Source: a virus (taxonomy: Duplodnaviria; Heunggongvirae; Uroviricota; Caudoviricetes). Taken from it: 33,569 bases of DNA. The stretch is from positions 1 through 33,569 of IMG/VR virus record IMGVR_UViG_3300045988_135277, one strand, 5' to 3'. Below the pieces are notes generated by a model. It saw only the letters and a program-made list of their open reading frames with translations. It did no database searches and was not told the DNA's origin. The translations under genes were made by a program, and so were the position numbers. This document shows, in pieces, positions 26,771-33,569 of the stretch (its first letter is position 1; every line of letters begins with the position of its first letter).

Positions 26771-27846
26771 ACGATAACGTCACGCTACGGGTAAATGGCC
26801 GGGAGTGGAATGGCTGGACATCGGTGCGCATCGGTGCCGGTATTGAACGGCTGGCGCGGGATTTCAGTGTGGAGATCACTCGCCAGTGGCCGGGAGATGA
26901 GGGTATCACCACGCTTCAGCCGCGCATTAAAAACGGTTCAAAAGTGGAAGTGCTGATTGGTGATGAGCTGGTGATCACCGGCTGGGTGGAGGCGACGCCC
27001 GTTCGGTACGATGCCCGTTCGGTCAGCACCGGTATTGCCGGACGTAGTCTGACGGCTGACCTGATTGACTGTGCAGCCGAACCGACACAGTTTAACGGAC
27101 GCTCGCTGGTGCAGATTGCGCAGGCGCTTGCTGCGCCTTTCGGCATTGAGGTGGTGAACAGCGGTGCGCCGTCGGGTGTTATTCCTGATGTTCAGCCTGA
27201 TCACGGTGAAACGGTGATTGAGGTAATCAACAAAATACTCGGTCAGCAGCAGGCGCTGGCTTACGACGACCCGCACGGCAGGCTGGTGATTGGCGGTATT
27301 GGCTCAACGCGGGCACATACCGCGCTGGTACTTGGGGAAAACATCCTTTCCTGTGATACGGAGAAGAGTATCCGGGAGCGGTTTTCTGTTTACCAAGTGG
27401 CGGGGCAGCGTGCCGGAAACGACGATGATTTCGGTGAGGCCACCACCACCGCGCTGCGGGCCCGCACAGAGGACGCATTTATTGCCCGTTACCGTCCGAT
27501 GTATATCAGGCAGACAGGGCAGGCTACGGGGGCAGGCTGTATTGCGCGTGCTGACTTTGAAGCCCGGCAACGGGCGGCGCGGACGGATGAAACCACCTAT
27601 GTGGTGCAGGGCTGGCGACAGGGTAACGGTACGCTGTGGCAACCCAACCAGCGGGTGATTGTCTTTGATCCGGTCTGTGGTTTTGACAATACCGAACTGC
27701 TTGTTTCGGAAGTCACGTTTACTCAGGACCAGAACGGCACCCTGACGGAAATCCGTGTCGGCCCGCCTGATGCTTATCTGCCTGAACCTGAAGCCCCCGG
27801 CGCGCGGAAAAAGAAAAAAGCCAGAGTACAGGAGGACCCGTTCTGA
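26767..27846 (+). CDS. baseplate hub protein (Mu gpP / gp44-like)
   Basis: 359 aa, overlapping start; synteny. Confidence 0.8.
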   Translation: MNDNVTLRVNGREWNGWTSVRIGAGIERLARDFSVEITRQWPGDEGITTLQPRIKNGSKVEVLIGDELVITGWVEATPVRYDARSVSTGIAGRSLTADLIDCAAEPTQFNGRSLVQIAQALAAPFGIEVVNSGAPSGVIPDVQPDHGETVIEVINKILGQQQALAYDDPHGRLVIGGIGSTRAHTALVLGENILSCDTEKSIRERFSVYQVAGQRAGNDDDFGEATTTALRARTEDAFIARYRPMYIRQTGQATGAGCIARADFEARQRAARTDETTYVVQGWRQGNGTLWQPNQRVIVFDPVCGFDNTELLVSEVTFTQDQNGTLTEIRVGPPDAYLPEPEAPGARKKKKARVQEDPF

Positions 27847-28394
27847 TGAGGACGATTGAAGCCATGCAGCGACAACTTCTCGGCCTGATTGGGCGGGCAG
27901 TGGTGAAAAGCATCAGTGCCGCCACGAAATGTCAGACCGTGGATGTGTCCCTGATTGCCGGTGAACCCAAAGCCGGGGTTGAACATCTTGAACCCTACGG
28001 TTTTACCGCAAGGGCAAACAGCGGTGCGGAAGCGGTGGTGTTGTTTCCGGATGGCGACCGTTCTCATGCGGTGGTTGTTACGGTGTCGGACCGGCGCTAC
28101 CGCCTGAAAGGGCTGCAGACGGGTGAGGTGGCTGTCTATGACGATCAGGGGCAGTCTGTGACGCTGACCCGGGAGGGGATCGTGGTGGACGGTGCAGGTA
28201 AAACGATCACGTTTCGCAATGCGCCCAGAGCACGTTTTGAAATGGACCTGGAAGTGACCGGACAGGTGAAAGACCTGTGCGACTCCGGCGGCACCACCAT
28301 GTCAGCGATGCGGCTTGCCTATAACGGCCATTGTCACAGAGAGAACGGTCAGGGCAGTAACACCGACAAACCGGATAAAGCGATGGAGGCATGA
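27846..28394 (+). CDS. baseplate assembly protein V / spike (Mu gp45-like)
   Basis: 182 aa; synteny and gpV-like size. Confidence 0.8.
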   Translation: MRTIEAMQRQLLGLIGRAVVKSISAATKCQTVDVSLIAGEPKAGVEHLEPYGFTARANSGAEAVVLFPDGDRSHAVVVTVSDRRYRLKGLQTGEVAVYDDQGQSVTLTREGIVVDGAGKTITFRNAPRARFEMDLEVTGQVKDLCDSGGTTMSAMRLAYNGHCHRENGQGSNTDKPDKAMEA

Positions 28395-28819
28395 TGGAAC
28401 TGTGGCTGACGGTGAACGGTAAACGCACCTGCGCCAGCGCACCGCTGGATCCGCTGACCCGCGCCGTGGTGATTTCCCTGTTTACCTGGCGGCGGGCGGA
28501 GCCTGATGACAATGCCGACGTCCCGATGGGATGGTGGGGGGATACCTGGCCTGCGGTACAGAATGACCGTTACGGCTCCCGGCTGTGGCTGCTTCAGCGC
28601 GGCAAACTGACCAATCAGCTGGTGCAGACGGTAAGGGGGTATATCCGCGAATGCCTGCAATGGATGATTGATGACGGTGTGGTGTCCCGTATTGATCTGG
28701 ATATCCGCCGCACCGGGATTAATGAACTGGGTAACAGTATCACTCTCTGGCGTCGTGACGGACCGGTAATGATTTCTTTTGATGATCTGTGGAGTGCGAT
28801 AACGCATGGCGGACAGTGA
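28391..28819 (+). CDS. baseplate protein (Mu gp46-like)
   Basis: 142 aa; overlapping start; synteny. Confidence 0.78.
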   Translation: MMELWLTVNGKRTCASAPLDPLTRAVVISLFTWRRAEPDDNADVPMGWWGDTWPAVQNDRYGSRLWLLQRGKLTNQLVQTVRGYIRECLQWMIDDGVVSRIDLDIRRTGINELGNSITLWRRDGPVMISFDDLWSAITHGGQ

Positions 28820-29864
28820 ATTTCAGCGCCCGACGCTGGCAGAAAATATCAGTATGCTCCGTAACGATTTATTCGCCAGGCTGGACGTCAGCGACACGCT
28901 CCGGCGCATGGATGAAGACGTGCGGGCAAAGGTGTATGCGGCGGCGCTGCATACGGTTTACGGGTACATCGATTATCTGGCAATGAACATGCTGCCTGAC
29001 CTGTGCGATGAGTCCTGGCTGGCGCGACATGCTGCGATGAAACGGTGTCCGCGCAAGGGGGCCACGGCTGCCAGCGGGTATATGCGCTGGGAAGGTGTCA
29101 GCGATGGCCTGAAGGTGACCGCCGGAAGTGTTATTCAGCGCGATGACCTGGTTCAGTACACGGCAACTGCCGATGCAACCAGCACCGGTGGTGTCCTGCG
29201 CGTGCCGATCGCCTGCTCAAGTGCAGGCGCGGTCGGTAACGCTGACGACGGTACGTCATTAATCCTGGTCACGCCGGTTAATGGTCTGCCGTCTTCCGGC
29301 GAGGCAGATACCCTGACAGGTGGATTTGATACTGAAGAGCTGGAAACGTGGCGCGCCCGCGTCATTGAGCGGTATTACTGGACGCCTCAGGGCGGGGCTG
29401 ACGGGGACTATGTCGTCTGGGCTAAAGAAGTGCCCGGCATTACCCGCGCATGGACATACCGACATTGGATGGGAACGGGGACTGTCGGTGTGATGATTGC
29501 CAGCAGTGACCTGATTAACCCCATTCCGGAAGAATCAACGGAAACGGCGGCAAGACAACATATCGAGCCACTGGCCCCGGTGGCAGGCTCTGATTTGTAT
29601 GTATTCAGGCCGGTGGCGCACAAAGTGGATTTTCATATCCGCGTGACGCCGGACACACCGGAAATACGGGCTGCCATCACCGCGGAGTTGCGTTCATTCC
29701 TGCTGCGTGATGGTTATCCGCAGGGAGAGCTGAAGGTATCGCGTATCAGTGAAGCGATTTCCGGTGCGAATGGGGAATACAGCCATCAGTTGCTTGCTCC
29801 GGCGGACAATATCTCCATTGCAAAAAATGAACTGGCGGTTCTGGGGACGATTTCATGGACGTGA
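28806..29864 (+). CDS. baseplate J-like protein (Mu gp47-like)
   Basis: 352 aa; synteny. Confidence 0.85.
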   Translation: MADSEFQRPTLAENISMLRNDLFARLDVSDTLRRMDEDVRAKVYAAALHTVYGYIDYLAMNMLPDLCDESWLARHAAMKRCPRKGATAASGYMRWEGVSDGLKVTAGSVIQRDDLVQYTATADATSTGGVLRVPIACSSAGAVGNADDGTSLILVTPVNGLPSSGEADTLTGGFDTEELETWRARVIERYYWTPQGGADGDYVVWAKEVPGITRAWTYRHWMGTGTVGVMIASSDLINPIPEESTETAARQHIEPLAPVAGSDLYVFRPVAHKVDFHIRVTPDTPEIRAAITAELRSFLLRDGYPQGELKVSRISEAISGANGEYSHQLLAPADNISIAKNELAVLGTISWT

Positions 29865-30439
29865 CAAACGATGATTACATCCGTCTGTTGTCGGCACTGT
29901 TGCCCCCTGGGCCGGCGTGGTCAGCCAGCGATCCGGCGATTGCCGGTGCGGCACCGTCATTAACCCGTGCTCATCAGCGTGCGGATGCCCTGATGCGGGA
30001 GCTGGATCCGCGCACCACCACCGAACTGATAAACCGCTGGGAGCGTCTGTGCGGCCTGCCGGATGAATGTATTCCGGCAGGGACGCAGACCCTTCGCCAG
30101 CGTCAGCAACGGCTGGATGCGAAGGTTAACCTGGCGGGTGGCATCAATGAGGATTTTTACCTTGCGCAGCTTGCTGCCCTGGGCAGACCAGATGCCACCA
30201 TCACGCGATACGACAAAAGCACGTTCACCTGCTCATCGGCCTGTACTGACGCGGTGAATGCGCCGGAATGGCGGTATTACTGGCAGGTCAATATGCCAGC
30301 TGCCACCAACACCACCTGGATGACATGTGGCGATCCCTGCGATTCCGCACTGCGTATCTGGGGGGACACCGTTATCGAGTGCGTGCTTAACAAACTCTGC
30401 CCGTCGCATACCTACGTAATTTTTAAATATCCGGAGTAA
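29855..30439 (+). CDS. tail protein (Mu gp48-like)
   Basis: 194 aa; overlapping start; precedes tail fibre. Confidence 0.78.
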   Translation: MDVTNDDYIRLLSALLPPGPAWSASDPAIAGAAPSLTRAHQRADALMRELDPRTTTELINRWERLCGLPDECIPAGTQTLRQRQQRLDAKVNLAGGINEDFYLAQLAALGRPDATITRYDKSTFTCSSACTDAVNAPEWRYYWQVNMPAATNTTWMTCGDPCDSALRIWGDTVIECVLNKLCPSHTYVIFKYPE

Positions 30440-30442
30440 TCC

Positions 30443-31369
30443 ATGCATCGTATAGACACGAAAACCGCGCAGAAGGATAAGTTCGGCGCGGGTAAGAACG
30501 GTTTTACCCGTGGTAACCCCCAGACCGGCACGCCTGCCACCGATCTGGATGATGACTACTTTGACATGTTGCAGGAGGAGCTCTGCAGCGTGGTGGAGGC
30601 ATCCGGTGCCAGCCTGGAGAAGGGGCGGCATGACCAGCTGCTTACCGCGCTTCGTGCGCTGCTGTTAAGTCGCAAAAATCCGTTTGGCGATATCAAATCG
30701 GACGGCACGGTGAAAACGGCTCTTCAAAACCTTGGTTTGGGAGATACAAGCGGATACGTGGGACGCCGGCTGAGTACCCGGGCTTTCGCGTCATCAGGTA
30801 CGTATACCCCATCACCAGAAACAAAACGGATCAGGGTCACAATAACGGGCGGCGGTGGCGGAGGGGGTGGCTGCCAGGCTATATCCAGTAACGAAACGTT
30901 TTTCGGTGCTGGCGGTGGGGCCGGAGGGACAGTAATCACCATACTGACCCCGACACAGAATAGTTATCCTGTCACTATCGGCGCAGGTGGGGCCGGCGGC
31001 GTTGGTGCGACGAACGGCCTCAAGGGCGGTTCATGCTCGTTCGGATCGGTAATAGCCCCTGGTGGTGAAGGCGGCGGAAAAGTAGGAGTCACAAACACAA
31101 ACGGCGGTAACGGAGGCGTACCGAATATTGGCGATATCCGCATCACTGGTGGAGATGGAGGCGACGGTCAGTCCGGGAATATCAGCGTCAGCGGTGAAGG
31201 CGGTGCATCGTACTGGGGAGGCGGTGGACGTGCAGGCGCTGGCGGTGGCGTTAGAGGCAGGGCATTTGGTTCAGGCGGAGGTGGTGCATACGATGCAGGT
31301 TATAGCGGAACCAGTATGACGGGCGGGAAAGGTGCTGATGGGGTTTGTATTATCGAGGAGTTTGCATAA
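30443..31369 (+). CDS. tail fibre protein with glycine-rich C-terminal half
   Basis: Conserved fibre-like N-terminus followed by long GGxGG-type repeats; followed by Tfa. Confidence 0.8.
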   Translation: MHRIDTKTAQKDKFGAGKNGFTRGNPQTGTPATDLDDDYFDMLQEELCSVVEASGASLEKGRHDQLLTALRALLLSRKNPFGDIKSDGTVKTALQNLGLGDTSGYVGRRLSTRAFASSGTYTPSPETKRIRVTITGGGGGGGGCQAISSNETFFGAGGGAGGTVITILTPTQNSYPVTIGAGGAGGVGATNGLKGGSCSFGSVIAPGGEGGGKVGVTNTNGGNGGVPNIGDIRITGGDGGDGQSGNISVSGEGGASYWGGGGRAGAGGGVRGRAFGSGGGGAYDAGYSGTSMTGGKGADGVCIIEEFA

Positions 31370-31779
31370 TGAATGCGTCATATGCAGTTATTGAAAATGG
31401 GATGGTTGTGAATGTCATTGTCTGGGATGGCGAGGATGAATTCACTGTGCCGGATAATCTGCAGCTCATTAATATTTCTGATATCAGTGAGCAGCCCGGA
31501 ATCGGCTGGGCGTATTCAGACGGGGTATTTACTGCGCCGCTCCCTCCGGAACGTTCTCATGATGAACTGGTAGCTGACGCTGAACAGAAAAAACAGTCGT
31601 TGATAGACGCAGCAATGGTCAATATCAGCGTGATTCAGTTAAAGCTGCAGGCCGGGCGCAAACTGACGCAAGAAGAAACTACCCGACTTAACGTTGTGCT
31701 GGATTATATCGACGCTGTGACGGCAACAGATACCAGCACCGCACCGGATGTCATCTGGCCTGAACTGCCGGAGGAGTAG
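31369..31779 (+). CDS. tail fibre assembly protein (Tfa)
   Basis: Typical Tfa N-terminus ([21 protein letters not shown]); ATG overlaps fibre stop. Confidence 0.85.
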   Translation: MNASYAVIENGMVVNVIVWDGEDEFTVPDNLQLINISDISEQPGIGWAYSDGVFTAPLPPERSHDELVADAEQKKQSLIDAAMVNISVIQLKLQAGRKLTQEETTRLNVVLDYIDAVTATDTSTAPDVIWPELPEE

Positions 31780-31938
31780 GCCATTCAATATCTGGCGCAC
31801 TGGAGGTATCAACCAGCTCCAGTGCATCCAGATAATCCAGCCACAGATTAAACTGCACTTTTCATCATCAGACAATCGTCCAGGCGCGAGCCTGGATGCT
31901 GGCATCTCTGCCCAATTTAAATTTGAGAGGTAATTATG

Positions 31939-32493
31939 TTAACAGTTAATCCACCAGTATGTGCCGGGTGCCTGCGGGTAAGTGGCGGCGGCAACCTCGT
32001 GAACCATCCCCCAATCCAGAGCTGTAGAGGCATTGGCTATGGTGGCGGCGGAGATAACCTCCTTCCACTCATTGCGGCTCTTACTGAGCTCAATCTGACT
32101 CTCCAAAATATCGACAAAACGCTCCAGGTCATTATTGAGACACGCGCTCCACTCACTGACGCGTGAGTGATCCACGCTTGGGCCCATCAAGCCCCAGTGA
32201 AAAGGATGCAGTAAGAACCGACTCCCAGGATTCGCCTTACGTTCAGACCCTGCAAGAAAAATGATATTAGCGACTGATTCAACATTGCTAAGGTTATGGG
32301 TCTTTACTGGGATTGGTAGGGCCTTTAGAAAGTGATAAGCAGTAAAACCTGCAACGAGGTCACCGCCCGGACTGGAAATGTAAATGTTTAACTCAGTCGC
32401 CCCCTGATTGATAGCTCCAAGGCAATTGCTAATTAAAGCGTTAACGGTGGACTGATTTACGGGCACCGTGAAATTTATAGTATGCAGCATCAC
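31939..32493 (-). CDS. ClpP-fold (S14-like) serine peptidase family protein, 184 aa
   Basis: Strong AAGGAG RBS; alignable by eye to ClpP core: NIYISSPGGDLVAGFTAYHFLK vs ClpP [23 protein letters not shown]; Ser in ...VESVANIIFLAG at the ClpP catalytic-Ser register; His in LLHPF vs MIHQP. Confidence 0.7.
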   Translation of the reverse strand: MMLHTINFTVPVNQSTVNALISNCLGAINQGATELNIYISSPGGDLVAGFTAYHFLKALPIPVKTHNLSNVESVANIIFLAGSERKANPGSRFLLHPFHWGLMGPSVDHSRVSEWSACLNNDLERFVDILESQIELSKSRNEWKEVISAATIANASTALDWGMVHEVAAATYPQAPGTYWWINC

Positions 32494-32602
32494 TATCTCC
32501 TTGTTTAGTTAGTGGACACATTACCCTGGGAGCAATAAAAAACATAACGCATACTGCATGCTTAGTTGGTGACCGGCGATCTAAGTTTAGCAAGGATGCA
32601 TA

Positions 32603-33001
32603 TCTGAAGGCGATACGCTGGTGGTCTGAAAGCGTGACCGCCTCGGTCGCAGCATGCGACATCTTGTTGGGTTAGTGGAGGAACTGCGGGAGAAAGGTGT
32701 TAACTTCCGGAGCCTGACGGATAGCATCGATACGAGTACGCCTATGGGGCGCTTCTTCTTTCATGTGATGGGTGCCCTGGCTGAAATGGAACGAGAACTG
32801 ATTGTTGAACGAACAAAAGCTGGCCTGGAAGCTGCTCGCGCACAGGGACGAATTGGTGGACGACGTCCCAAACTTACACCAGAACAATGGGCACAGGCCG
32901 GACGATTAATTGCATCAGGAGTTCCTCGCCAGAAGGTGGCGATCATCTATGATATTGGCATATCGACTTTGTATAAGAGGTTTCCGGTCGGAGATAAATG
33001 A
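32603..33001 (+). pseudogene. pin: pin/gin/cin-type serine DNA invertase, 5'-truncated with in-frame TGA
   Basis: C-terminal ~115 aa match Pin/Gin (RSLTDSIDTSTPMGRFFFHVMGALAEMERELIVERT...); upstream in-frame remnant GDTLVV*KRDRLGRS has a stop where Pin has Trp; similarity disappears upstream of ~32600, so the catalytic-Ser N-terminus is absent. Confidence 0.8.
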
Positions 33002-33312
33002 AACCGTAGCACGTCGTATGCAAGAACGTGCTACGACTGGCTGGTGAACTTCCGATAGTGCGAGTATTGAATGATTTCCAACTGTTATCGATTTTGCGTA
33101 TTTTTTGCATGAGAGGATTTTTACCTCCTCCCACCGATCCTCCATGGCTTTACGCCAGTGTCTCTGGTCTGCTATGTGCCAGATGCGGACTTTGCAAAAA
33201 GTACGGTTCGTTAATCATTATGGTGGAGGCGACGTAATCTGTCTCATAATTTCCTAGTATTGCTTAACTCACTGAAAACGTTTATATTGTCATTGCGAAC
33301 TATCGTTTGATT

Positions 33313-33569
33313 GGTGATGCTGCCAACTTACTGATTTAGTGTATGATGGTCTTTTTGAGGTGCTCCAGTGGCTTCTGTTTCTATCAGCTGTCCCTCCTGT
33401 TCAGCTACTGACGGGGTGGTGCGTAACGGCAAAAGCACTGCCGGACATCAGCGCTATCTCTGCTCTCACTGCCGTAAAACATGGCAACTGCAGTTCACTT
33501 ACACCGCTTCTCAACCCGGTACGCACCAGAAAATCATTGATATGGCCATGAATGGCGTTGGATGCCGGG
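33313..33569 (+). mobile_element. IS1 insertion sequence, left end (element continues beyond window)
   Basis: IS1 left inverted repeat GGTGATGCTGCCAACTTACTGATTTAGTGTATGATGG at 33313 followed by insA. Confidence 0.9.
33368..33569 (+). CDS. insA: IS1 InsA (partial, 3' end outside window)
   Basis: GTG start; translation [67 protein letters not shown] matches IS1 InsA. Confidence 0.88.
   Translation, partial: MASVSISCPSCSATDGVVRNGKSTAGHQRYLCSHCRKTWQLQFTYTASQPGTHQKIIDMAMNGVGCR

Noticed and set aside
30724-31146. Proline-rich antisense ORFs (72 aa and 60 aa) in the tail fibre gene
   Set aside because: Reverse complement of glycine codons (GGN read as NCC) in the Gly-rich fibre region; artefact.
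31936-32166. Plus-strand 76-aa ORF overlapping the ClpP-like gene
   Set aside because: Fully contained in the opposite-strand ORF that has a strong RBS and recognisable ClpP-like motifs; no start context of its own.
33028-33237. 69-aa ORF between the invertase remnant and IS1
   Set aside because: No RBS, Cys/Leu-rich translation, lies in likely degenerate DNA next to an IS insertion; insufficient support.

Overview
This window is a ~33.5 kb stretch of a mosaic temperate phage (prophage) from an Escherichia/Shigella-type host; the most interesting parts are four AT-rich accessory insertions of unknown function. Calls rest on reading the sequence and the ORF track and on recall of well-known proteins; no database search was run. 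Left to right: end of the leftward early operon, a PL/OL-like module, a three-gene cassette in the rexAB slot, cI, OR/PR, cro, a cII-slot gene, lambda-type replication genes (O with internal ori iterons, P, ren), an antisense cargo gene, a DLP12-like nin block (ninB/ybcN-like, ninE-like, ybcO-like, rusA, ylcG), a Q-like antiterminator with tR'-like terminator, a lysis cassette (holin, lambda-type R, Rz/Rz1), an antisense two-gene cargo island, HNH endonuclease, terminase small and large subunits, an HK97-type head module, a Mu-like contractile-tail module, tail fibre plus Tfa, an antisense ClpP-fold peptidase gene, a degenerate pin-type invertase, and the left end of IS1 at the window edge. 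The accessory candidates are: (1) the cassette co-transcribed downstream of cI, which is the top candidate for an undescribed exclusion/abortive-infection system; (2) a membrane-anchored coiled-coil protein with a C-terminal T5orf172 (GIY-YIG-like) domain between ren and ninB; (3) a two-gene island between Rz1 and the HNH/terminase genes; (4) a ClpP-like peptidase gene beside the degenerate invertase. No tRNA, rRNA or CRISPR array was seen.
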